From: Octopus bimaculoides
Taxonomy: Eukaryota
Direction of reading: 5' to 3'
Assembly (NCBI RefSeq): GCF_001194135.2
Contig: NC_068984.1
Span: forward strand, 18,230,698 to 18,294,697
Length of the DNA: 64,000 bases
Shown: positions 38,505-51,120 of the stretch, piece by piece
How positions within the stretch are numbered: position 1 is the first letter of the stretch
How the letters are laid out: each line of letters starts with the position of its first letter
Made by a program: the position numbers and the translations under genes
Notes under the pieces: model-generated
The model's database searches: none
Told to the model about the DNA's origin: nothing
Seen by the model: the letters and a program-made list of their open reading frames with translations, nothing else

Positions 38505-41500
38505 CAACAGGTTAAAGCTACAATTAAGCTCCATGAATACATAAACATATAAAGCACTTCTTAAACCTGTTTAACCCTCACAGCACAAATATTTTCCAAG
38601 GGTATCTTCTCGTTCCTTCTTAGCAACTTTTCGATATGACTCTAGATTCCTAAAATGGTAATACTGCACTCCAGCTTTTGCGTATTTCCAATTACAATTC
38701 CTGATTGACCGGAACATTCTCCATCAATAAAGTCTTTGTAAAATTTAGTCATTTATAGAAACAACTACGTGAATTCTTACAATCTCTGTATATATGAAAG
38801 GTCTTTTGAGCTCCTATGTTTTTCTCGCAGATAAACCATTTTCCAGCATTGTTAGGATTACAACAAACGTTGCTTCCTTTTTAAATCAAAAAGTCTATAA
38901 TCCTTGATCAGTTATTGAGTCTTTGTAAGACTCACTTAGATGCCAGTCTAAAATATCAGTTATCGGATGTTGTACTTGGCTGCTATCAAAATCTAGCTAC
39001 TGGGTAAACCTTTAATCTCTACTTCAATAATGTCTTCTTTTTGGTTCTTCTTTCATGACTACAGATGTTGTTCTTCTTTTTTACCTTTATGGTTTCCTTA
39101 TCAAATGCGTCTTTCTTTTTCCCTAAGTCCAAACTTTCTTAGTTTCTTACTTTATGCAGTTTCTTTTGAATATAAGGCTTTGATAACTCTTACAGTGTAT
39201 TGGCTGTAAAAGTGTTCAATACCTGACTTCAAGATTATGAGTTCAAACGTTTCCATAGCCTTTATTATGTCCCTTGTGTACTTGCCTCTCTACTGTTAAG
39301 GTGAAGCTAAGTATTATTTCTACTTTATAATTGATTATTTAGTTTAAAATGGTACCAGTTGTGGATTTATGAAAATTTGGAAAGAAAATAGGGGGGAAAA
39401 TATTTCCACACGAGTTTTCTAAAGAAAAAGTTGAACTAAGTATTAACGGATATCAGCCAATTATTCCATCCTTCACAATCACTGAAAACCTTATGAGATT
39501 TGCACTAAAAATATATAACACCAACTAAAACGGTTCCATTAATAATACCAGGAAAAATAAAAAAGAAAATGGCATAGAAATACATATTTTGGGGATAATA
39601 AAACGAGTTTCATAGAGAAAAATTTTCCTAATACTTATGCAATTCAAATTCAGCACCATTTATTGAACTCCTTTGAAATCTGCCAATCTGTTCAACTCAT
39701 ATAAAATGTGATGTCCATCACATATTGAACTGCTCTAAATGGAGCCTGTCAAATGTTTGGCATAAAGGAAATATTTTCCTTTTATTTCTAGTTACAAAAG
39801 TTTTCCCTTGTTATAGAATGTTTGCCAAACACCAAACTGCTATTTATTAAGGGTACTTCATATCACAATGTATTGTAATATTCATTTTTTTTCTTTGTAT
39901 TTTTTTCCTGTCTCATTAACTTGCTATAGAATATGGCTCTTTATGTAAGAATTCCTATAGAGCTTTCTACCTTCAAGTGACACATGAAATAGAAGCTACT
40001 GTGTTTTAGAAAATTATGTCGCTGCAGTGTTTAAGCTAGATTTTGCCTAGTTTTCAACCATTTAACTGTTTATATTTTGACAATGACATTTAATCTTTCA
40101 TGGCTTAGAATATAAAAGGGGATGGAAATAAGCGATTGTCATGGGATTTCAAATCTAAAAGGTTATAGATTTCCAATGCCTGCTTACCCATTCTTATAGT
40201 ATAAGAAAGATTAAATTCAATTTTCTACTTTTGGATTTAACTTTGATTTTGAAGTCCATGTATCAAGACAGAGTTTTCTATACACCACGAAAAATTGCTC
40301 TGACACTAATATAATCGTTTTATATCTCTTTGTTATTGGTGAATTCACATTCAGCGAAGTGTCCATTAGTAACTAAGTACTACACAGCATCAGTACACTG
40401 TTGCTCTTTTATAGGAACAGCAACCTATAATTTTCTATCACTTTCTTTGTGCCTACTTTATGTACAGTAATAATGGAGACCTTTCTCAACTGATTCAAAG
40501 CATGTTTTATGGAAATTATTTTTATTGGTCAGTCTAGACAGGAGGATACGTTTATCTAGGCAACATTGATAGTTTAATGTTTACTTTAATTGAGGTTTAA
40601 GAGAAAATATGAGCCAGAAGAGAAAGTTGCATTGGCACGCAGTTCTATGTAGAAATAATTTAGCAAAATATTTTTATCTCTTGTGAGAAAATTAATTCTT
40701 CAAACAGAATGAATAAGTATGCCTAGTTTATGCGTGAAGCCTGTTCATCACCACAGTTTTCTGTTGTACCTGTATGCTCTATTAGTCATCTCCATCCAGT
40801 TCTTGATAACATTGCTCCAGTATTATCTTTATCATTCGGTTGCCTGTTTTCTGTCCATCCTGCGCCCCACCTCTAGGATATGGACACCGAAACGTTGGAC
40901 TTCTGATAGCATGGCTATCAATTTTTATTTGGCTTATATCACTTTCCAGGACTACAAACCACTAAACTAAGTTTTTAGATTGTTGATATAGCATTAATTT
41001 CACTTTCCTTCCTGCTTCTGTGAAACAGTAATGGATTAGGACCCCCAAGTCTCTTCATTCTAAGATTTTGATATTTGCTCTGCCAATACCACACTTCATA
41101 ATGATATATACAGAATGTTGAGTTTTCTAATCTAAAAGTGTGTAGTATGTGTCTCTTCAATGCCTTCAGCCATTCACCATATTTTCTTGTGTAAAAGTCA
41201 CACTCCCAATTTAATTTTAAATCTTGGTATAAAATCTCTCTTTGTAATTTAAACTTTGTTCCATGTATGTCCATATGTTTTTTCCAATTGAAATCAAGTA
41301 TAAAATAATTCAATCTATACATGAGTAAGTACATTGGCAGTGCTTTAGTTTGCAGTAAAATGATGGAGAAATATATTGCCTGAAGTCTAAAAGGCTATGC
41401 AACTCTCTCTCTTCCATTCAGTCTGAGGAAGTATGGCTAACAGTGTTAGCATTAGTGAGATTCTTGTATGTTAGCTGTCAGTTGGAAACAAGTTGTAATG

Positions 41501-42572
41501 CGATGATGAAATCTCAAGAGAGTTTAGTTCAGTAATAGGGACTGAAAAAAAATAATTCATATTGTCGTTCAGACACAGGTGAATCCCAGTGGAGCAAAGC
41601 TCTGATCAAAGGCATTCCAACCATGACCGTTGTATTGAATTTTGTTAACAGAAAATAATTTTAGACCACAGTACTCATTGTTTAATTAAAAAATTACGTT
41701 GGTGTTGCTAAACGAAAGTTTATGAATGACAGCTTACCTATTGTACTAATGAATTTTTAATAAGATAGACACAAATTATTAAAAAATATCTTTTTTAAAA
41801 CTTAAAATTCAGAAAATTGTTTTATGCAACAACCCTCTTTGATAACTGAAATAAAATTTTATTAAATGGAGGGGACAAAACTATTACAGAGTTACGTCCC
41901 TTATACCCAATTACTGTTCCTTTTTTTATTTATTTATTCTTCCTGAACGAGCATATTTGCATATTTGAACCACCAAATTAGTGCTGTCATTTTTGTTTGA
42001 CTAATGATTTATTTCATTAAAATAAGATTATAATCTTCCAGCATTTTTCATCTTACTGCAATTATCTTTGAAAAATTAATGCTTGTGATGACTTGTGTGC
42101 ATTGAGCACTTTTGATGTAGAATACCTCGCTATGATTAATTATGAAACACTCTATGGAATACTTCTGTGTCTTGTTACTAAGGGTGAGCGTGTGTTTCTC
42201 TGTGTGTCTGTATTTGTTTGTGTATTTACTCTACATAAGATATTGTCTGCTTTGTTTTTGTTTTATGTAAAAACAGTTAGAAATTCTTATAACACACGTA
42301 TGTGAGTGTATATGTGTATGAATGTGTGTGTATGTTTATATTTGTTTATATTACACACACACACACATACACCTACAATTCTTTTTACAGTGCACTTTCT
42401 CTTTGCGTTTTGCTGACACACAGTTACAGATTATTTGAAAACACCTGCCTCTCTCTCTCTCTCTGATTAGAAGCTTTGACTTCTAAGGAAATATGCGCAC
42501 TCTCTATATTGAGTACTTCAAACACCAACGTTTGTAAATACACACCTTCACATGTGTGTACATATGTATGTC

Positions 42573-42607
<35 letters not shown>

Positions 42608-42836
42608 NNNNNNNNNNNNNNNNNNNNNNNNNNNNNNNNNNNNNNNNNNNNNNNNNNNNNNNNNNNNNNNNNNNNNNNNNNNNNNNNNNNNNNNNNNNNN
42701 NNNNNNNNNNNNNNNNNNNNNNNNNNNNNNNNNNNNNNNNNNNNNNNNNNNNNNNNNNNNNNNNNNNNNNNNNNNNNNNNNNNNNNNNNNNNNNNNNNNN
42801 NNNNNNNNNNNNNNNNNNNNNNNNNNNNNNNNNNNN

Positions 42837-42892
<56 letters not shown>

Positions 42893-42895
42893 CTC

Positions 42896-42938
<43 letters not shown>

Positions 42939-43090
42939 ATTGCTCTACCATTTGTTGTTTTATGTAACAAACATTCCTGTATTTACATTTTCAAATACTA
43001 ACAAAAAAAAACACGCATGCACAAAATAAATAAAAACAAGACAAAAACAAACGAACACGTTTTATCTTCTTCTTCTTCTTCTTCTTGTAG

Positions 43091-43225
43091 GATATTGACA
43101 ACTTGATGAATGAAGGTAACAAATCCAGAACTGTAGCAGCAACTAACATGAATAGTGAGAGCAGCCGCTCTCATGCTGTCTTTAACATAATTGTCACTCA
43201 GACACTTGTTGACAGTGGGTCAATG
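43091..43225 (+). CDS. KIF13: Kinesin-3 (KIF13) motor domain, internal exon with switch I
   Basis: Acceptor (CTT)7 gtag ending at 43090. Encodes [45 protein letters not shown] (switch I SSRSH). Donor GTAAGT at 43226; 135 nt, phase 0 to 0, continuing the previous exon in frame. Confidence 0.95.
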
Positions 43226-43505
43226 GTAAGTGAATTCTCTCTTGTCAATTGTGTGCACCGCTGTGATTTGATGTCTGTATATAGCTCTATTGATGTCTAT
43301 CTTGTATCCAGTCATACATTGTATGACTGCAATCACATGGAAAGGTGGAGTTCTTGGTTCATTTCCTTTTTGTTTTTTTGTTTTTTTAACCAGTCACTCC
43401 CCTCCCATTTCTTCTAATCTGTCTTTCGGCATCAGACAGCAGGTGGGGCGTGCAGTATTTAGGTGAAAATATTGTATTGTGATAGTTTTGTATTTGTTTT
43501 ATTTT

Positions 43506-43539
<34 letters not shown>

Positions 43540-43787
43540 CCTAAGATTCAAGATAGCTGTCGGAGATTTTCCGCAAGGTTATCTAGAAAAATAGGATTAT
43601 GCACATCGATATTGGAGAAATATATGTAGTCTCGTTTCTCTTAAGTTTTCACCAATAATTAGTAATTTGGAGGCAGTGAAGAAATATAAAACTACCAGTG
43701 TCTTTATAAATGTTGTTGTTGCTTTTGTCATTGTCAGCATTGTTGTCCTGATTATCGTTATTATCGATATGATATTGTTGTTATCGC

Positions 43788-44175
43788 ATAGGCATAGACA
43801 TGGCTGTGCAGTGCAGAACTTCACTTTACAACCACATGGTTTTGGGTTCAGTCCCACTGTGCAGCACTTAGACAAGTGCAACGTGGCACTTTAGCCGAGC
43901 ATCTCCTACTATAGCCCCTGGCCAACCAATGCTTTGTGAGGGAATTTGCTAAATGGAAACTGTGTGTGTGTGTGTTGTTTGTCCGCACACCACTTGACAA
44001 CCGTTGTTGGTTTGTTTACATCTCTCTAACTTTGTGCTTTGGCAAAAGAGACCAATAGAATTAGTACTAAACTTTAAAAAAATAAGTTCTGTGTGTTAAT
44101 TTGTTTAATTGAAACCCTTCAAGGCAGTGCCGCAGCACGTTCCCACTCCAATGACTGAAAAAAGTAAAAGATAAA
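43788..44175 (+). mobile_element. SINE family A, near full length with small internal insertion
   Basis: Head, (GT)n and tail all align with 59884-60265. Confidence 0.75.
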
Positions 44176-45194
44176 ACATGACATTCTTATTATCATCACA
44201 TCTATCTGGTGATGTTGCGGCTCACACCACTGTCTTTTTCATCATTCTTGTTGTCACCATCATCATTGTACTTCCAGCTTTGCCAACTCAAGTTGAATAT
44301 ATCTGTAAGAACATGAAACAGGTGAACTAAAAGCTCATTGCTGTGCATTTTACCCAACTTGTCTCAGTTCTTCATGTCAACTCTCTCTTTCTTTCTCTCT
44401 CTCTCTCTCCTCTCACTCCCTTTCACTCTCTCCTTCACATACAGCCTCTCTCTCATGCTCTTCCCTCCCTCATGCTCCCTCACACTCTCTTGCCCTCATC
44501 ATCTCACCCTCTCCCTCTCACCCTTGCCTTCACACCGGCTCCCTCTCCCTCACACACACACAACCAATGAATAATCACCTTTGTAAAACTCACTGGACTG
44601 AAGTGGACTCCACTGCAAACTTTCTCTTGTGTGATAAGACTGACTGACCAAGGCATCCTAACAAGACCCTTCATTTTTAAAGGAATTCAATTCACTATCA
44701 CATGTTTCCCAAAAGCTCTCAGCGACAAGTATTGCTACCTTTTAATGATCACATGATCTTTCTACTCACTCAAGTGAAGTGGAACACATTGCAGTGACTA
44801 TAACAGAACTTGAACTTCTAATCTATTCTCCTGCTTGTCTTTCTGAACTGTGCAGTGGCATCTCGGCTTAGTTTTTTCTGCCTTTAGTATTGCCTTACAT
44901 GATAAATCTTGCTGAGAAATATTGACAATTTCTGTTTTGATTGTCTCATTATAACATACATTTGAAATATAAAACTTTCAGTTCAGTGACGTAAACTGAA
45001 TAAGCATTTTTTTTTTCATTCAGTTTAACAACAACCTGTTTGTTATCCGAGGCAAATAAAATCAATAGAGACTCAAGTGTCATTGCAGTCGCAGAAAGTG
45101 ATTAATCAGCTTTAATATAGATATTCATACTGCTGATAGCAATGGTGGTAATAATAATAATAATAATAATAATCAATAATAAATAATGATGATA

Positions 45195-45390
45195 ATAATC
45201 CTTTCTACTATAGGCACAAGGCCTGAAATATTTTGGGGTGGGGTTAAGTCAATTACTTCAACCCCAGTACTCAACTGGTACTTTATTTATCGGCCCTCAA
45301 AGGGATGAAAAGTACAGCCGACTTGAGCAGAAGTTGTACTCTGAACGTAAAGACAGATGAAATACCACCAAACATTTCACCCAGCATGCT
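45195..45390 (-). mobile_element. SINE family C
   Basis: aatcctttctactataggcacaaggcctgaaat...accccagtactcaactggtactttatttatcg matches 20165-20376. Confidence 0.7.
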
Positions 45391-46296
45391 TTTATGGGAA
45401 TATTTGAACCATATCTTGTCTAATTTATCACTGCATTCAGCATTAAACAAGGGAGGTCACTCTAAGAACTCTCGTCTTGTGAAATAGCATTGTTTAAGCA
45501 ATATTTTCAGAACATTTCGAGAAAACAGTTCAAAACCAACCTTTTCGTACTCCAAATTAGGTTGAAAATTATATATAATAAGGACATGAATCCCCCCTAG
45601 GGCTATGCCCCGTTAACTCCTCTATCACTCACTCCCTTTATTTATCTCACTGTATTATGCTGTCAGTATGACTAAGGATGATTGCAGCAGTTCTCTCTGC
45701 TGTTAGCCAGACATTGCTCCCTTTTGCCCTTGCCTGTGTTTCTTAACATCTGTTCACCATCCTCTGTTTGCTTTCCTTCACCCATACCCATTGCTTATCT
45801 CTCAATCAGCCCCCTTCGCTCCTTAATTCTCATCATACTATGCTCCTGTGGGACTGAAAATGGCAGTGGACCTCTTTTGTTCATCATACATTGCCTGTAG
45901 TTAGGACGTCACTTAACCTATTCTGACCCTTTCTCTGTTACTCCTCTGTGATACTTATTGGTACCAAACCAAACCAAACTACTTTCCATTTACCCTGCCA
46001 CTATGTACATCACTCAATCCCTCTGGTCCTTTTCATAACCTCTGTGTAGATAGCAGCATTAGACTACTTTGTGTCAGCAGTCATCCAGATTGGATTGAGT
46101 TGGCTCCAGCCAACAAGTTCACCACGTCCCTTACAAATGCTGACCACATCCGACAATCAGCTGTGGTTGAGGCTGTAATGGATACTCTCTTCCAGTTCCA
46201 CTGCCAAAGACCACAGATGCAGGGGCCCGATTGTGCTTCCACACCCACCCCTGACATGACCGGCCATGTCTTCAGTTGTCCTTCAACTCATTTGCA

Positions 46297-46418
46297 GTGA
46301 GATGGCAGAACCATTACTACACCAGGCAGAATGCTTGACAGCATTTCGTCTGTCTTTACATTTTGAGTTCCAGTTCCATCAAGGTCAGCTTTGCCTTACA
46401 TTCTTTCAGGGTTGATTA
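46297..46418 (+). mobile_element. SINE family C head
   Basis: gagatggcagaacc.ttac..accaggcagaatgctt...ttttgagttc..aaggtcagctttgcctt. Confidence 0.6.
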
Positions 46419-47167
46419 AAAAAAAAAAAAACTGTATTATACCACTTATACTCAATTCACTCTACCTTCATCCTTAACCTCTTATATTGCTTGTCTTAAC
46501 CTCGTGTCACTCTGCCAGTATACTCTTATACTTTTTCTCCTACACATTTTGGGCCTCTGTCTTCCCTTGCTCTATCGCTTGAGTTTCATGAACTACTGAC
46601 ACCACCTTACCATCTCAGGATGAGTTCATCCATGCTTCTGTCACTTATACATTGCACTCTGTAACGAGGCAGATGAGTGACCCCTGAAATTGTAAGTTTG
46701 TCCATTTAGTTATGACTAGGGTGTGGCTACCTCTCTAGTGTAGCATCAAGAAAAATGCACTCAGTACACTGTATGAAGTAGTTGGTGTTAGGAAAGGTGT
46801 CCAGCTAGAGAAAACTAACCAAACTAAAACTGAGGAAGATAAGGTCCCCTTATCTTCTTTCTATCATGGGGCTTCTTTGGGCTCTTTAGTCTTACAAGTA
46901 ACAAGGCTACTAGTGCTGGTGACATGAAAGAATTTCCTAAAATACTCTGTAATGTGGTTAGCATTAAGAAGTGCACCAAGCTGTAGAAACTATGCCACAA
47001 TGAAAATATTAAACTACTTGCATTGTTGATGTGCAGAGAAGAGCATTTACATATCCTGCAAGGATCTTAAGAAAGATTTTTTTTGAGATTAGAGGAGACT
47101 CTGCACCAAGTCTCAAGACAACACCTCTGCTGACTAATATAACAAGTTACAGTTTTAATGATAATTA

Positions 47168-47383
47168 TTATTTGAAATTTTGGCACTAAGCCTGTAATTT
47201 GGAGTGAGTAGCAGGTCTATTTCATCAACCCCAGTATTTGACGGGTATTTTATTTTATCAACCCGAAGTGGATGAAACGCAAAGTCAACCACAGTGACAT
47301 TTGAATATAGAACATGAAGCCAGATGAAATGCCACTAAGCATTTTGTCTGGCATGGTAATATTTCTGCTAACTGCTGCCTTAT
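47168..47383 (-). mobile_element. SINE family C
   Basis: gcaaagtcaacc..tttgaa..gaaatgccactaagcattttgtctggc matches other family C copies. Confidence 0.65.
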
Positions 47384-47384
47384 T

Positions 47385-47437
<53 letters not shown>

Positions 47438-47441
<4 letters not shown>

Positions 47442-47790
47442 CAGAGAGCACAAACCTCCACCAAGGCAATGTCCTCTCAACAATTAGCAAGAGATGATTT
47501 TTAAAATGAGAATAACTGAAATAAACTTGACTGCTCTCACAAACGGAATACTAAAAATGAACTCAGCCGCTCTCAAAAGTTAAGTAAAAAAACGACAGGA
47601 AAAATAATCCAGAATCCTTGTCCAGTACTGAATCGATCCCAAAATCTAATCAGTTCATGCCAGTCACGAGGCCAAACATCCCTGAAAGTTTCATCTGAAT
47701 CCATCCAGCGGTTCTTGAGATATCTTGTCCACGGACAAACAAACAAATATGACTAAAAACAATACCTCCACCTTCGCTAAGGTAGAGGCG
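47438..47790 (-). mobile_element. Helentron/HINE-like non-autonomous rolling-circle element
   Basis: Minus strand: 5' palindrome cctctacctt-agcg-aaggtggagg (47765-47788); 3' sub-terminal inverted repeat ccttggtggaggt; terminal stem-loop tgctc-tct-gagta. Embedded between (AAT)n and (ATG)n. Confidence 0.55.
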
Positions 47791-47811
47791 ATGATGATAA
47801 TAATAATAATA

Positions 47812-47868
<57 letters not shown>
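47790..47868. repeat. (ATG)n/(AAT)n microsatellite abutting a gap
   Basis: Direct reading. Confidence 0.9.
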
Positions 47869-48017
47869 NNNNNNNNNNNNNNNNNNNNNNNNNNNNNNNN
47901 NNNNNNNNNNNNNNNNNNNNNNNNNNNNNNNNNNNNNNNNNNNNNNNNNNNNNNNNNNNNNNNNNNNNNNNNNNNNNNNNNNNNNNNNNNNNNNNNNNNN
48001 NNNNGTGGTGGTGGTTT

Positions 48018-48232
48018 CAAAGTTTAGCACATGGCCGGTAATTTTGGGGGTAAAGGATGAGTTGCTTTCATTAACTCCAGTACTTCATAGGTACTTTATT
48101 TTAACAATCCTGAAAGGATTGAAGGCCAAGTTGACCTTAGCAGCATTTGAAATCAGAATGTAAAGAGCTGGAGGAAATACCGCCAAGCACTTTATCCAAC
48201 GCTCCAACAATTCTGCCAGTTCACCACCTTAA
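48018..48232 (-). mobile_element. SINE family C
   Basis: ggccaagttgaccttagcagcatttgaaatcagaatgtaaag...caattctgccagttcaccacctt. Confidence 0.65.
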
Positions 48233-48848
48233 GAATAATAATAATAAAAAGACGACGACGAGAAATTTGTTGTAGGTTGTATGTATCCTTCTCTATACCC
48301 GAAGTAAAGTTAACTTAGTAATAGCAGAATAATGATGCAAATTAACATATTGCATTTTAGCTGGGCTGTTTCTACTCTACAGTTTTATTCCTCGTTTGCA
48401 TGTTAGAAAAAACAAATGTAATTTTATAATTGGTAAATGAAATCATTAAAATCAATAAAACTGATAGAACTTTCAATCTCTTTTGAACTGTTTTCCGATA
48501 TAATTAGTTAAAGCCTTCCTTTGACACGTCTTCTTAAAGAGGAATATTTTAAAAAATTTATAGTGTTACAATAATGTCTCGAAATCCCTGAGTTTGTTCG
48601 TTTATTTGTTTTACTGTTGTTGCAGTAATTAAGCGTTGTTTTCTCGGTTTGTTCTTTTCTTTTCTGCCAATTCTATAAATTCTGGATTTTGTCTTGGGAA
48701 CAAAATTTTTATGCTCAATTTGTTATTGTATTGCTGTGAACTATCTGTGCATGTACATGGGGAGGTGTGTGTGTGTGTATGTGCATGCGTGGGTAGGTGG
48801 GTGTAAGTGCATGCGTGCGTATGTATGCATGTGTGTGTATGTATATAT

Positions 48849-48880
<32 letters not shown>

Positions 48881-49654
48881 ATGTATATATGTGTTTGTGT
48901 GTATGTATGTATGTATATGTGTGTGTGTGTATGTCTGTGTTTATATATATATATATATATTTGTATTTTCTCACCGTGTTTAAATTAGCTATGATGCAAA
49001 AACAAGAGCATTGTCCTAGCATTTACTGTTGATTGAGAATCAGTTGTTAAAAATATTTCAAGTGTGGTTTTTAGTTAAAAATAACTGAAATGTTACTGCA
49101 ACAGTCTTATCTTGTGAGCAAGGTTTTTACTAAATTAATGAAGAATGTGAAGCATTTCTTAATTCAACCAGAGTTAATTGAATATGGTTCATTACTAATC
49201 ATTTTCCTTTGCTTTAATGAGAAATTACGATAACTTTCGGTTATTTGAACATATTTGTAATGTTTGTTTATCGATGTTATGTTTGAATAGTTAATTAATC
49301 TGTTTAAATTAGGATGTTGTAGAAACGAGAAATAACTAGAATGTTACTAACATTTAACTAAATATAGAAAGTGCTATATAAAAATAATAATACAAAGTCG
49401 CAATTTTAATTAACAGATAAACAGAAATAAGTTGACCTCAAATGAACTTCACTTATTTATTTTTAGGGGGTGGGGGTTAAAGCTTGTTGTGTCCCTAGTT
49501 TAACATCCCCATATTACCATTGCGTTGATAAGTACCTACTCAGTTGCAAGCAGGGATCAGGCTTGTAGCTGGGAGTTTTCATGATCTTGGAACACACTAT
49601 GACCTTTGACATTTCACTAGATGTCTAAAACTAACTTCATTAGACACTTCACTC

Positions 49655-50435
49655 TTCACTTTCTTTTCTGGCATCTGTGGACTCTGAGCCAACGTTGATA
49701 CCACACATCACTTTTTACTAACATGCAAACCCCCACATCCTATTTATAACTGAAACACAAATCTCTGAGATCTATCCTTCACTCAGTTCTATCCATCACT
49801 CAGCTCTATCCATCACTCACCGCTGTCCATTGCTCAATTTTATCTGTCATTCAGTTCCATCCATCACTCAACTCTATTCATCGCCCAGTACTATCTGTCG
49901 CTCAGCTGTATCCATCACTCAGCTCTATCCATTACTCAGCTGTATTGCTCAGCTCTATCCATCCCTCAGTTCTATCCATCACTCAGCTCTCTCCATTGCT
50001 CAGTTCTTCCTGTCATTCAACTCTACTTGTCATTCAGCCCTATCTCTCACTCAGGTGTATTTGTCACTCAGCTCTATCCATCCATTGGTTCTATCCATCG
50101 CTCAGTTCTATCCATCACTCAGTACTAATCATTGCTCAGTTTTACCCACCATCAGCTCTATCCATCACTCAGCTCTGCTGTCCAGGCTACATTCTGAAAG
50201 ATAGTATGTGGTTCCATTCTCCCTGCCAATCCTCCCTTCCTCCTGGATATCAGCAACGAAGACTTGCAATTACTCAGCTTCAAAGTCTCCCCGTAATACA
50301 TCTGCTTCCTCTACCATTCTCCAAACTGCTCCAAATCGCCGACACCTCTTCAACCGTATCTTATCTTACATTTAGAACAGCTTTCTCTCTTCATCCCTCT
50401 CCAAAATTATTGCCATCAGTGATTGCAATGCTCAC
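49655..50435 (+). mobile_element. Decayed non-LTR retrotransposon AP-endonuclease fragment, interrupted by a minisatellite
   Basis: Across frameshifts it reads FTFFSGICGL*ANVD..HHFLLTCKP/HILFITETQISE, then PGY, YICFLYHSPN and IIAISDCNAH. These resemble the NIRGL, ETQ, YRSP and GDFN motifs of APE domains. Confidence 0.6.
49781..50180 (+). repeat. 17-bp minisatellite, about 23-24 diverged copies (consensus ACTCAGCTCTATCCATC)
   Basis: Direct reading of tandem units such as actcagttctatccatc, actcagctctatccatc and gctcagctgtatccatc. Confidence 0.9.
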
Positions 50436-50570
50436 ACTGGTGGTGTGGAGAGGGGAGGCCGGTATGCATGGACGACTGCTGGTCTTCCATAAACAACCTT
50501 GCTCGGACTTGTGCCTGGGAGGGTAACTGTCTAGGTGCAATCCCATGGTCAGTCATGACCGAAGGGGGTC
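50436..50570 (+). mobile_element. Probable SINE 3' body inserted after the LINE endonuclease relic
   Basis: GC-rich block ggagaggggaggccggtatgcatgg.cgactgctggtcttccataaacaacc that I recall as a common octopus interspersed repeat. Only one copy in the window. Confidence 0.4.
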
Positions 50571-51120
50571 TCAGCACATACACACCAAGTGTAGAAGCAC
50601 TTCCATTCACTTCAAACTAAAAAGGTTACCATACCTGACAATGTCCTTTCCATTACCTTCAAACAATGCAACCCAGAAATCACCCTTAAACGCACAAAAG
50701 TTTTAAACTCCTCCCCCTCTCTTTCTCTCTCTCCCTCTCCCCCTCTCTCTCTCCCTCTCCCCCTCTCTCTCTCACACACACACGTGTGTATTCTTAGGAA
50801 AACCTCTGTATTCCAATAAACCAAAGTTAATGGAGTTGGCCACCAGCACCCTATTGAATGTCTCTCATTCCTTAATGACCACAAGTACAGCTTCTGTATA
50901 CCAAGGTTTGCTGAGGACCATCTCTCCTATGCCATTACTTTGTGGTGTCTTGCCTTCAAGTTTAGTGTAACAGTGTTGTTGCTCTCAATATCACCTGTGC
51001 TTTCAGCTGTGTCATGTCTAAATCCACTGTGGAACCTACCCACCTGTTGACTCTGTCCTCCATTCATCTCTTGGGTCACCAGGGTTTTCCTGTCAGTTTG
51101 CCACTATTGTAGCATGTTGT

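Noticed and set aside
40888-40909. Second CGAAAC-GTT...CTGATAG hammerhead-like string
   Set aside because: The CUGAUGA core is broken and no stems I or II can be built.
43436-43449. CTCF-like motif acagcaggtggggc about 210 nt downstream of the switch-I exon
   Set aside because: It has two mismatches to the core consensus and is a single occurrence; this cannot be distinguished from chance without a PWM scan or ChIP data.
45600-46290. C-rich, higher-GC block resembling a decayed retroelement
   Set aside because: I could not recover any RT, endonuclease or transposase motif in any frame, so it is not called.
48335-48342. Octamer ATGCAAAT motifs (also near 16543, 18905 and 34955)
   Set aside because: Several copies are expected by chance in 64 kb of AT-rich DNA, and there is no snRNA or PSE context.
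49781-50526. 17-bp array as a CRISPR array, or ORFs 49830-50204 and 49945-50526 as proteins
   Set aside because: Head-to-tail tandem units with no unique spacers in a eukaryotic context. The ORFs simply run through the stop-poor repeat.
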